Assembly (NCBI RefSeq): GCF_016432865.1
Contig: NC_067403.1
Span: forward strand, 38,812,001-38,876,000
Direction: 5' to 3'
Source: Antechinus flavipes
Taxonomy: Eukaryota
Length of the DNA stretch: 64,000 bases
Part shown: piece after piece, positions 10,216 to 21,803 of the stretch
How positions within the stretch are numbered: position 1 is the first letter of the stretch
Layout: each line of letters starts with the position of its first letter
The notes under the pieces: model-generated
Databases searched by the model: none
What the model saw: the letters and a program-made list of their open reading frames with translations, nothing else
Told to the model about the DNA's origin: nothing
Program-made: the position numbers and the translations under genes

Positions 10216-12429
10216 ACCTCAAGAGAGATCTTGAAATTCCTCAAACTTCACCTTTTGGAAGGTGAGAGTCATGGGGTGGAGGTCAGGAGGAGGTCATAGA
10301 AATGGGTAGTGATTTTGACCCCACCAAGTAGCCAGATCATGGATGCCCTGTGATTTGTTGGCCACCAATGCAACTTGTGAGTTAATGATGGTGACTCTGG
10401 GTAAAGGTGAAGGAGGAACTGATCACCCCTAATTATTGCTCTGTCATGAAGTCTATTTGCTGCCCAGTAACTTGTGACTCCAGAGCCATGAAGCTACTTG
10501 CTCATCTGAGGTGTAATTAGAAGCCACATCTTCTTGATTCCATGTCCAGCTTTCTATCCATTAAGGGGCTATAATGATATACATTGCTCAAAAGGAAGTT
10601 GCTTTGCTTATCGATTTATTCCCCAAGTAGGAAGCAATTGGCCAGTCTGCCTGAAGAGGAACTATTCAACATTTCTGTAATGAGAACCTTTGCTTTTCAG
10701 AATAATAACAATAGTCACAATCACAGGCTTTATTACTTTAATAGCTATATGCTCCATAAAGTACAGCTCAAGGAAATGGCTTAAAATATGTGAACTCATC
10801 ACAAGCCAGACAATTTTCCCCAGGATAATCAGTGTAATAGAAATGCTTCATCTCATTCACCCAAGATAAAATCCAGCCACATTGTTACAGCAAAATTAAT
10901 ATACTGTGTTCATAACGGATACATTTATTTTTTTTCATAAACACAGAATAAGTGAAAATACATATGTGGTCTTAATTAGCGAACTATAACATTCTGTTCC
11001 ACCCATAAATAGCACCCATGCACTGATGAATAATGAATACATTATCCAAAATGTATTCCTAAATTGCTAACGTTTCCGTCACCAACAGTTTCGCTTACAT
11101 ATAAAGTTGATAGAGATATTAAGAATATGTGGTCTCACATGGCACGGGGAGCTTATTTGCTCCATGTTTCTGGTTTGTGGGCTAATTGGACTTTTAAAAA
11201 AATTCTCCACATTATCCTAGCAGATGGTATTTTGCTATATCATTATTCATGGATATTAATGACTTCCCTCTGCAGCATGTGGATGCTGTCTATTTTGAAT
11301 TTCATTACATTTCATGCCGACTGTTCCAAGTAGAATTGGTTCCAGGATTCTGTCTGGTGCCTAGGCTGAGAATTGGCTGGTTGGTCAAGTGTTATACATC
11401 TGCATTAGTTAATTCTTTGGGGGGGAGGGAAGGGGCTTCCTTTTCTCTTTGTCTTAGGTGCCATATTGAGGGAATAATGTACTTTGTAAATTTTATCAGG
11501 TTAGGTAAACCTGCCTGTTATCTTTGTTGATGTACCAATAATCTCTAGGATCTTAAATTCTTAATTTGTGCTCTTTTTCTCCTTTGCTAATTTGTGATAT
11601 TCTGATTGATACTGGGAGGATGAGGACTTCATTCTCCAAGTTAAAAACACAGAAGTATAATAGGTAGTGATTTAGTCAGAGGAAAATGATTGTTTAACAA
11701 AAACTTAGTGCTCAATGGCTTTCCTATGGTTTCAAAATGTCTCTGGAATTCTTTATTATATAATTATATATATTATATTTTATATAATAATAATAATAAA
11801 AAGAAGCTAAAGGATTCTTCTGGTCAACCAGTCATGTGGTATTGAAATCTACACACTATTGCTGAGGTCAAGAATAAAGTCATAAAATTTTGTGGTCCGG
11901 TGTTGTTTTTTCCCCCCCATCCTAACTTCTCACAGCCAGCCAAAAGCAAAAGGTACTAAAAGAGAATGTAAGCTTTCCCTGAAGTAACTGGGAAGCTTTC
12001 TGATTAAATTAGGATTTTGTGTAACCAGAGAAAAGAAAATCGAGAGAAAGTTGGACAGTGTCCACTTCTACCTCAGTTAGCATAAGGATGCTTAGAAAGA
12101 ATTTGGCCTTGGTCATCAGAAAGCACCATAGTTGTTCCTGATTCCACATACATTCAAAGTACTCTGTGGTCTAGTGCTTTGAGATGAAACTTGGATTATG
12201 GAAAGGTGGCAGAACCTGTAAGACCTTATCCAATTGCCAGCCTATGCTTGGTTACAACAGTAGTAAAAAATGGGCTTGTTAAATAGGACAGAATAGTTTG
12301 CTCAAGAGCGACATAATCTGAAATTCTGAGGACATCAAGCAAGATTTGTAAAGGTCTTGCTGCTCCAGTCCATAGCTATCAAAATTACCTTCAATATTTA
12401 CCTGGAGGATGAAATCCTTCTTATGTTTT

Positions 12430-13440
12430 TTTTTTAAGTTTTATTGATGGTTTGTTTTTACTTCACAATCCACTCCCAGTATACTCCCTGATCCCAACTG
12501 ATCTCTATCTTATAAGACTGAAAATATAGTTAAATAAAACCTATCAGCACAATGACCATATTTGACAATATAAGCAGTATTTCACATTGATAAGGGGAGG
12601 GAAGTGTGTTTTATTACCTGGCATTATTATTAGTCAACATCCAGCTACCTTTATTGTTATTAATTTTTTTACCTGTTCTTTTTTAAAATAAATTTTATTC
12701 ATATCTTGGTTGCTGGGTTTTTTTGTCACCTGCATTTTCTACAAAATTCCCTTCTCTCACTCTCAGAAAACTATCCCTAATAATAAGATATGAAGGAAGA
12801 CTAAAAAGAAACTTAATAAAACCTAAGCAACATATATTTAAAACTTTTGATACTATATTCAGTATCCCATAATCATGATCTGCAATTTCTGTAAAGAAAC
12901 AGGTGTGGGAAGTAGTGTGTGTGTGTGTGTGTGTGTGTGGTGCAGTGATATGGGAAACATTTTACATTTCTCCTTGAGGGTAAAACTTGGTTATTAGAAT
13001 TCTCAGGATTTACTTTCAATTGTTTTCTTCTTGTTTCCTTTTGAATTATTAGTCATTATGTATATTGTTTCCTGGTTCTTTTTATTTCAGTTTGCAGCAG
13101 TTAATATACTATTCTTTGAGTTTCTTGTATTTGTCATTTCTTACCTCACAATGATATTCATTAAACACATTAAACACATCATTAAAGCCAATTCCCCAAA
13201 TTATGGCTTTCCATTTGTTTCCAGTTTCCAGTTTCTTCAAAAAACTGATGCATCAAAATATCGGGATATGTATTCAAATCTTTTCTGTTCCATCCTTGAT
13301 TTCTTTGGAGATATATTTTATCCAATAGTAAGATCACAATCAATTGCAAATTGTTTCTTTTGGACTCCTACACTTAATTCAAAATTATTTCTCAAAATGG
13401 TTCTCTTGGGTTCTTGTACATGGCATAAGACTCTGGGACA
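12430..13440 (-). mobile_element. Older L1 3'-region fragments
   Basis: T-rich heads (ttttattgatgg..., aaattttattcat...) and tttccagtttctt/gcatcaaaatat motifs typical of antisense marsupial L1; includes (GT)n at ~12915-12938. Confidence 0.55.
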
Positions 13441-13917
13441 GCTATGACATCTCTGACATCTGGTTCTGGACAAACTAAAGCTTTGTTTTCTTTCTCTCTG
13501 TCATCATGGATGCCCTTACTTTTTGCTATTTCTCAGTCAGAAAAAGCTCAGTCTTCTTTTCTTTCCCCAGTCCTACAAGAAGCCCTGGCAACAGGGGCTT
13601 CACAACCCGTCTGCTGTGGAAAAGAGAAAGCTGTTCCTTACTACCCCAAGTAGCAGGGGTGGGAAAAGGTTTGCGGTTGCCAGGACTGCCCCCATCCCAT
13701 GCCATTTCACCACCCACTGCACTTCTCCTGTCTGAATGAAGTGATGGCAGAGTTAGCAGCAAGAAGGAGAATAACAATGTCACTTGCCCAAAGCACTTTA
13801 ACATTTATCAAGTACTTTCCTTAAATTCTAGGAAGATTAGTTCAAGTATAATCATCTCTTTTGTATCTGAGGAAATTGAGACTGGAAGGGTTAAGCCATC
13901 TCTTCAAGGTCACATCA

Positions 13918-14050
13918 TCATTGTTATTCTGTCACGTCTATGTGACCCCATGGACATGGCTCACGGGATTTCTTGGCAAAGATGCTAAAATGGTTTGCCA
14001 TTTCCTTTTTTGATGTGCTCCCATTATTAATGCAGAACTGAGGCAACCTA
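13918..14050 (-). mobile_element. Mar1-type CORE-SINE (RTE-like tail)
   Basis: tgtgaccccatggac...tttcttggcaaagatgctaaaatggtttgccatttcc is the reverse complement of the Mar1 tail. Confidence 0.65.
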
Positions 14051-14115
14051 CAAGGAAGCAAAGAAAAGATGGACAGTTCTGAATATAATACGTGGTATAC
14101 ATTGTATATGCATTC

Positions 14116-14290
14116 TATTATTATTATATTATTATTATTATTATCATAGCTTTTTATTGACTAAACATAGGCATGGATAATTTTTCAACACTGACCCTTG
14201 CAAAAACTTCTGTTCCAACTTTTCTCCTCCTTCCCCCCACCCTCTCCCCTAGATGGCAAGTAGTCCCATACATATTAAACATGTTAAAGT
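14116..14290 (-). mobile_element. Short L1 3' end with (TAT)n-converted tail
   Basis: (tat)n then catagctttttattgac...gacccttgcaaaaacttctgttcc...cccctagatggcaag. Confidence 0.8.
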
Positions 14291-14534
14291 TTATATATGT
14301 ATTCTTGAAATGGAAATATATTGTTCCATATTTTGAATTTTCTCATGTTCTATTATACACATGACATTTCCCCTATTTTTTTCTTTTTTCTATTTTGTAT
14401 TTAAGTTCTAAATAAATATATTTTTAAAATAAAGTAAAATGCATTAAACCAAAAAAAAAAACAAAAAAGAAAATAGGGGCTAAATGCACAGGATGTGTAT
14501 GAGTATGCATGTATATGTGTATAATATGTGTATG

Positions 14535-14537
<3 letters not shown>

Positions 14538-14580
<43 letters not shown>
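14538..14580. repeat. (AC)n(AT)n compound microsatellite
   Basis: Read directly. Confidence 0.9.
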
Positions 14581-15016
14581 CAATGATTTGACATAAATTT
14601 AATATAAAGACTTTTTTTCACATTTGACAACTTCCCTTCTTATTCTAGTTGTATTAGTATGGTCTGTAAAGAAGCTTTTTGATCTTAAGTTCCCTCTTCT
14701 GCTGCAGACACATTATTATGTTCATTCAGTTACTTTAATCTTTTTTTAAGGTAGTTTTTTTCTCCCACTGGCTCTCTTCTCTTCACCCTCCCTCCCATCC
14801 TTTCTTCTCATTTGATATTCCTCTTTCCTCTCCTTTCCCTCAGCTAGTCCTATTCAATAGTTTTTAAAATTCATTTTGTACCCCTTTCTAAAAAGGATTT
14901 CTCTTCTTCTTTTCATTAGTCAGCTTCTCTTTCTAGATACTCTTCTATTCTAGATTCATTTTTTATTTCTATTTTAGACCTTCATTTTCTGATTCATGAA
15001 TGCTATAATTATATGG

Positions 15017-15369
15017 TGTGAAGACTGAGTTAGCACCCTGGATACCTTAGAATCAGCTGGAGTCAGGATAAGCAAAAGTCCTTGGTCTTTATTCTTGGTC
15101 TTTAGGGGTAGAAGTGAAGGGAATGGACACAGGATTTCCATGACCTTCCTTTTCTACTTCCACACCCAAGTGACTCTGGCTTGTCTTATTCCACCCCCTA
15201 ATCCTTCCCACAATTCTCTGTATATACCAAAAGATTGAGCCAGCATAGAGTAGTGAGAAGGGCAATTTTCCAAGCATAGGCTAATAGAGTATTGTCCAAT
15301 TGGTAGTCAGCTTTAAGTGCTCGGTTGTCCGACCTCAGTGCATCAATTCAAGAGTTTCAGCCCTTTATA
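15017..15369 (-). mobile_element. 3' LTR of a betaretrovirus-like (ERV2/ERVK-class) element, 353 bp
   Basis: On minus it starts TATAAAGGGCTGAAAC (expected TG mutated to TA) and ends ...GTCTTCACA. Minus-strand AATAAA at 15088-15093, 71 bp before the end. Directly preceded on minus by a polypurine tract. Confidence 0.85.
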
Positions 15370-15391
15370 TCTCCTACTTTCTTTTGTTTTA
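15370..15391 (-). promoter_or_regulatory. Polypurine tract (PPT)
   Basis: Minus strand reads AAAACAAAAGAAAGTAGGAGA immediately before the LTR. Confidence 0.8.
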
Positions 15392-15397
15392 GAATAC

Positions 15398-15615
15398 AGG
15401 TGATCACACCATCCCTGAATTCTCAATGTGAGAATCCCCAAAAGGAGGTAATCATGCCCTCCCTGACTTCTCAGGAAAGGAGGTGAAAACACCGAAAAGG
15501 AGGTGATCATCCCCCCCCCCCCGACTTCTCAGGAAGGGAGTTGAAAGCACTAAAAAGGAGATGATCTTGCTTTCCCTGACATCTCAGGAAGGGAGATAAA
15601 AAGCACCAAAAGGAA
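15398..15615 (-). repeat. Four ~48-58 bp direct repeats in the ERV 3' untranslated region
   Basis: Units start at ~15398, 15446, 15501 and 15559 (ag(g/a)t(g/a)atc...tccctgacttctcagga(a)ggga...aaaagg). Confidence 0.85.
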
Positions 15616-15952
15616 GTGGGGATTGCTAGCAGGTTTCTGGGCCAAAGGGTCTTATTAGAAACAGGTATGCACAAACCCATCAGCATGAGAGGTATTACAC
15701 AAGCACATAGCAATAACACACAGGCTATAAGTGATGACTCTCCCCACAACCAGTGCAGGCTCAATGTGGTATAACAAACATGAATTGTACATGCAAGTAA
15801 TGGTATAACAAACAATATAAATCAACATGGTGTTGTAAAAGATTGCCAGAAGTCCTAGAAGGAGAGTATGCAAACAGCAGTCACACATACGCCTTCTTCA
15901 GCAGCCAAGAGATAGTCCAAAACCAATCTATTGTTCATTGCTTCACATGCCA

Positions 15953-16395
15953 GGGAATCCAATGATCCTTGGAAGTTTTTGAAGTTCTGCAACAGTCTTT
16001 TTATGTGTTAGGAAATCCAATGATTCCAGCACATTTTGACGTCCTGCAACAGTCTTTTTATATGTTAGGGAATCCAATGATTCCTTCAGATTTTGAAGTC
16101 CTGCAACAGTCTTATCATTTCTTAGAAAATCCAATGATTCCTGAGGGCTTTCAAATTCTACAACAGTCTTATCATGTCTCAGAGAATCCAATGATTCCTG
16201 AGGATTTTGAAGTCTTACAACAATCTCATTATGTCTCAGAGAATCTAATGATTCCTGAGGGTTTTGAAGTCTTACAACAATCTCATCATGTCTCAGAGAA
16301 TCTAATGATTCCTGAGGGTTTTGAAGTCCTACAACAATCTTATCATGTCTCAGAGAATCCATTGATTCCTGAGGGTTTTGAAGTCCAACAATTTT
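15953..16395. repeat. 57-bp tandem array (~8 copies) with open frames on both strands
   Basis: Unit approx. gggaatccaatgattcctgagggttttgaagtcctacaacaatcttatcatgtctca. Minus ORF 15943-16434 repeats IVVRLQNPQESLDSLRHDE; plus ORF 15969-16421 repeats EVLQQSYHVSENPMIPEGF. Confidence 0.95.
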
Positions 16396-16434
16396 TGATG
16401 TCCATGAGTGAAATGCCATAATTGCCATGCTCAT

Positions 16435-17345
16435 TCATTGGTTGGCACAGTCAGTGATGGAACCATCCAATGTTTCTTGGGTCTTCTCCTTTGTTTCAAG
16501 GGTCTGCTCTGTCTCTCTCCAATGGACAAGGCAAATATGGCTCATTGGCACCCATCTGATTCCTTCTTCATCTGTGGAGATAGAAGCAAACCCTCTCCCC
16601 CAAGCAGTTAACCTATCTGGTCCCTTCCATTCACCACTTTCTGGGTCTCTCCACATCACCTGACAATTATCTAAAGATAGTGGAGCTGCTCGCACTGGAC
16701 AATGCCCTTCCAGTGGGTTATAAAACCTGTCTGCCGGAACCAGTGCATCTTTGTCAAAAATCAAGAAGTTAATAGTATAAAGGGCTAGATTTAGAAGTTC
16801 TCTAGGGTTACCTGTGGCTCCCCCTTTCTTTTGCTTTTGGAGGAGCATCTTAATGTCTCTGTTTCTTCTCTTTACTATTGCCTGGCCTTGAGGATTAAAG
16901 GGTATGCCAGTGGTGTGTAAAATCTTATGCTGTGCACAAAAGTGTGCAAAATGTTTAGAAGTATATGCAGGTCCATTATCTGATTTTATTGCTTGTGGCA
17001 CACCCATAATTGCAAATGCTTGTATAAGAAATTCTGTGACTACTCAGACTCTTTTGCTGCTGGTATTGCAAAGGTGAATTCTGAAAAAGTGTCTACCCCA
17101 ATATGGATAAAAGACAGATGACCAAATGATTTATAATGGGTCACATCCATTTGCCAAATTTCATTGAGTCTCAAACATGAGGGTTCTTCCCTGGAGGCAG
17201 GTAGGAGCTTGGAAAGGAATGCAAGCTGTACAGGCTTTTACTATGCTCCTAGCTTTCTCTCTTGTTTGTTATTCCAAATTGTAAACGTAAAGCTCGAGCA
17301 CCTAGATGATATTTAAAATGAGATTCTTGGGCTTCTTGAAATAAA
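16435..17345 (-). pseudogene. pol: ERV integrase (frameshifted)
   Basis: HHCC finger (ESHFKYH...CTAC across a frameshift), WQMDVTH, KSDNGPAY, QGQAIVKRRN (catalytic E replaced by K), C-terminal WKGPDRLTAWGRGF: betaretroviral IN. Confidence 0.92.
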
Positions 17346-17680
17346 GGAGCATTGGCCAACATAGTTAGAAGGCTATTTGCCTTTGAATTACCATTAAAAA
17401 TAGGGCCTGGAAGTCCACTATAAGAGTGGACATGCAAGATATAAATCTTACCTGGATGCTTTCTCACTTGCTCTTGAAGTTCCTTAAAGAGCTGATATAT
17501 ATTAGAGGCTACAAATTTTATTTGGGTTGTGGCAATTTTTTGTACCACACCTATTGAATAGGCTGAATCAGATATTATATTTATGTCTCCTGGATAATAA
17601 GTAAGAGCTAGAGTGATCGCATACAATTCATTCTGCTGAGTGGACTGAAAAGGAGTTCTGACTATTCTCTTTATAGTTAA
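17346..17680 (-). pseudogene. pol: ERV RNase H
   Basis: ORF 17249-17626 carries NIISDSAY and HVHSYSGLPGPIFNGNSKAN. Confidence 0.9.
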
Positions 17681-18812
17681 GTCATGAGAGTATACAGCAA
17701 AAATATTATGTTTGGATGTATCTGTAAAGATAGTTGGTCCTTTAAGAGGAACTTTAAAAACTTTTCTTCAAGAATCCATTGCCAATTATGGAATAGTCTG
17801 GTTATCTTTAATGGAGACCCGGGTGTAAAATTTGGAGCCATGGCTAATAAAATTTGCCACTCCGGGATGGTCTTGCAGCATAAATTAATTTGTGTATTAG
17901 TATAAAAGGTGTATATCTTGTCAGGTCTTATCCTAAATAATTGTACTGCTCGCTGAATGGCCTTTAATAAAATTCTAGCCCGAAGCACTGGGTAAGGAGT
18001 AAAGTTTTGGTTTGATTATGCTAGGAGGTTCATCCACTCTATCACACCGTCTCCTTGATGAAGGACTGCTATGGGTGCCTCTTGTGTAGCACAAACTGAT
18101 ATTTCCAGGGGTTTTTGAGTGACTCTTTCAACCACATTGCATAAAGCCAGTTCAAGTTCTCTCAAAGCCTCTTGAGTTTCTTTTATAAGCTGGCGTGGTG
18201 AATTTAAAGCACTGTCTCCCCTTAAAATGTCATATAATGGTTGCAATTGATAGGTAGTCAAGCCTAACACTGGATGCATCCATTGGATATCTACTATCAA
18301 TTTCTGAAAGTCTTTTAAGGTGTTTAGCTTCTCTGTTCTTAAGGACAATTTTTCTACTGTAAGCACCTTAGGGTATGCTTCATATCCTAAATATTGAAAA
18401 GGAGCATGTCTTTGAATTTTTTCTGGAGCTATGTGGAATTTGTAGTTCCTTAGTGTTTCTATGGTCATTTGTAGACATGCTTCTAACATTTGTTCCTCAG
18501 GTGCACATCCCAATATATCATCCATGTAATGTAATTACTTTTGGAAATGCTTTTCTTACTGGAGTAAGAGCAGCAGCAACATACATTTGACACATAGTAG
18601 GGCTGTTTTTCCTTCCCTGTGGTAAAACTGTCCATTCCTATCTTTTATAAGGCTCAGCTAAGTTAACACTGGGCACTGAAAAGGCAAATCTTTTCATATC
18701 CTCCTTATCCAGAAGGATAGAATAGAAACAATCCCTAATGTCTATAACCCAAAGAGGTCATTCTCTATGCAACTGAGTAGTAGATGGAAACTCAGGCTGA
18801 AGAGTTCCCAAA
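17681..18812 (-). pseudogene. pol: ERV reverse transcriptase (5'-truncated; stops and frameshifts)
   Basis: GTLQPEFP...[16 protein letters not shown]...[25 protein letters not shown] (~18510-18530), KIQRHAPFQYLG, LNTLKDFQKL. Homology stops at ~18812; no gag, pro or 5' LTR recognised. Confidence 0.92.
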
Positions 18813-19607
18813 CTTCAATCCAAACTTCCAAGCTATTTATTCTAGCTCTCCCCTAAAGCTGCTTTCTACCACAGAGTTATATAACTTGTTCCACAGATTC
18901 CCCATTTTGTCTTACTTCCAGAACATTGTTAGTTATTGAAGGTGTCAAAGAAGACTCTGCCCTATAGTACAGTGGGCCCCTTCCAGATGAGGTCCCTAAT
19001 TATACAGCCCATCACACTCATCTATACTCTGTCCTATTGTCCTTTCCCCTATATTTGCTTGGAAATCTCACCATGTTTATATTCTCTCACCACTTCAGGT
19101 GCCCCTTGCCTGCAGGGTTTCCAGCTACTCAACGCACCCACCCATCCCATGACAAAGACTTTTTAATACCCCTCCTGGTGACTTGGGTCACCTTTGTCCC
19201 TCTGTCTCCCTGTTCTCTGGCCTGGCACCCACAGTTCAGAGCCTGATTTCCTTGTACTAGCAGTTCAGAAAAGTTCTGAAGCCTGGACTTAGGCCTGTAT
19301 AACATGGGAAAGGGGGATGGGTGACTCAGGAGGGGTGAGTTTTTATATAAGCATGTATTGTGTCCGTGGGTCTGTTTGTGCAAGCTTGATGCTGGTAACA
19401 TGGAAAGTGAAAGAGAGGGACTGAGTGAGGTCAGAGTCAGTGAGTTTCAGTTCCTGGAGATTTTTAAAACTTAAAAAAAAAACAAAACCTATTATTTTGT
19501 GTATCCTGAACCAGGAAGACAGCTGAAGTTGCTTCATCTTTGGTGCATAATTTTTATTTTGGAAATATTTGAGAAACTGTAGGGATGGGCAAGAATGTCC
19601 AGTCTGA

Positions 19608-19748
19608 GGGGAAGCTAGGTGGTGCAGTGGATAGAGTACCAGCCTTGAAGTCAGGAGGACTGAGTTCAAATGTCACCTCAGACACTTAAGACTGCCTAGC
19701 TGTGTGACCCTGGGCAAATCACTTAACCCCAATTGCTTCAGCAAAAAA
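19608..19748 (+). mobile_element. WSINE1-type SINE
   Basis: gggaagctaggtggtgcagtggatagag...aggaggactgagttcaaat...aattgcttcagcaaaaaa with tRNA-derived A and B boxes; no clean TSD. Confidence 0.85.
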
Positions 19749-21329
19749 TTTTTTTAAAAGTCTAGTTCATCTCTTTTCTATTATTATTAAGAGAAAAGCA
19801 TTTTTCACCATCAATCTTCTCATATTGAGACTAATCATTGCGATGATCTGAATTCTAATTTTTTTAATGCTGTCTTCTTTTACATTAGTGTAGTCATTAT
19901 ATATATTGTTCTCTTGGTCTTTATGCCAATTCATACAAATCTTGCCAAATTGTTCAAATAGATAATTTCTTATGGTGCCATAACATATCATTATGTCCAA
20001 ATGCCTCAAATGGTACCTATTTTGTTTCCAGTTTTTTGTCACCACAAAACAAGAGTTGCAATAAATATTTGCTTTTTATGGGATGACAGTCCTCAGTCTT
20101 TTACTTTGGGGAAAAGATATAATTTTCTAAGGAGGAATATGTCTAGATCCAGGATCAAATCCCTTTCTCTTGCAAACTAAGTACATACATCTTTAATCAC
20201 TACAATGCTTAGATAACACATTACCTTATGAAAGGTAAGACCTGTCCACAGTAATGCTGATGAAACCCTAAGTGATCATGGCACTGTCATCATTTGGCTT
20301 CTGAGGTTGTAGCTTTGCTTCGTAGCCAACTCCCATGTCCAATAAAAGTGGGATTGACTCAATATTGAGTCAAAGGAGAGAATGTCATTTCACAATCACC
20401 AATAATATTTCCTGCTGATCTTCCTCCCTCTCCATCTCTCTCCCAAGTACTTGTAGCTTGAGAGACTGAAGAGAATAAAAGCATAATGCAGTTCAAGTGA
20501 GAGCAGCTGTGGCAGTGGGCTAGCAGCTGCTGCTGAAGGTATTTATTGTGTCTCAGTTGGGTCGCTGTAGCTTAAATGGTGGGTTTGTCTTTAGTATATC
20601 CCCTAGTGCCTTTCATAATGAATGTTTGTTCATTGGAAGGCCATTTAGGGTCATTTATTTATTAACATTTACTCCCTGGGGAGTATCTCACATCTACAAG
20701 TGTTAGAACTTCCTAGAACTTAATTTATTTTTTTTTTTGCCAGGATGGATAATATATATTCACCAAACTAGAAACATTTCATAGCTGGAAACATCTGTAG
20801 AATGCCGATCTCCATTCCAGTGGGAGAGGCTCCAAATTAATCAATATTGCTAGAGTTGTTAATAAATTGAGGTAGCCATATTTAATTCTCAACTGATTTT
20901 CAGTAAGTAACCCCAATATTTATCCTTTGGAAACAATAACAATAATAATTTAGATAAGGCTGTATACATCCTACTCCATTTGGATGGGGAGACTATAGGT
21001 ATGAAATAGTACAGGAATGCCAAACTAAATCCCCAGTGTAGTACTCTATTTCAAAGTTATCAAAATAAATAAAACTACAACACAACATAAATAATGTTCA
21101 TTTGTGATTTCCTAAGTTGATATGCGGCCCGAAGGGATTTGATTCTATTTGAGTTTGACTCAATTAATTTAGTGGATAGAAAGGAAAAAGAAAGAGAAAA
21201 AAAGAGAAAAAAAATAAGTGAGATCTTTAAAACAGAGTAGCTATTTTTGTTCTGTTATTTAATTTGTAGTTATATATTATGAATGTAGGTGAGTATTTAT
21301 ACCTATGTCTATATGCATACATCCTTAGG

Positions 21330-21525
21330 GGCAGTCAGGAATAATGGCTGGGATGCTGGTCTTGAGAACAGGAAAACTTGGGTTCAAACATGGTACCCAG
21401 CACCGAATAGCTGTATAATACTGGGCAAGCCATTTAAACTCTATATGCTCCCTAGCCCTTAAGTGCGAAATCCTAGATGCTTTGTAATCAATGTTGGAGG
21501 AGGGATTTTGCGCATCTCCCATACT
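21330..21525 (+). mobile_element. MIR3/Ther2-type SINE
   Basis: tRNA-like head, CORE ctgggcaagccatttaa and MIR3-like tail. A similar copy lies at ~30300-30490. Confidence 0.55.
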
Positions 21526-21803
21526 ATGTTTGTTTCATTATTGTCTTGAAATGACTTTTCTCTGAAACTGTCTTCTGCCTCTTAAAAGAATGACTACATT
21601 TCTCCAATTAAAAAAGCTATTTCCATTCTGTTTCTTTTTCCTTTTCAAAACATAGTTTATCCCAGTTTTATAGCAGAACTGTTGCATTTGGGGAAAAAAT
21701 CAAGAATTAAGAGCCTGTTGGAAATATGTATGTAATGCATAGCCTGTATCATGCCCAGAAGACTATTTTGAGCCTTGAATTCACATAAACCTGGTTCAGT
21801 TTT

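Noticed and set aside
11752-11800. AT-only inverted repeat (ttattatata...tatataataa)
   Set aside because: Low-complexity AT sequence produces such palindromes by chance.
15953-16395. Regularly spaced repeats resembling a CRISPR array
   Set aside because: Units are contiguous 57-bp tandem copies with no unique spacers, inside a mammalian ERV.
18813-19600. Possible ERV gag/pro or 5' LTR
   Set aside because: No capsid, zinc-knuckle or protease motifs and no second LTR copy could be recognised.
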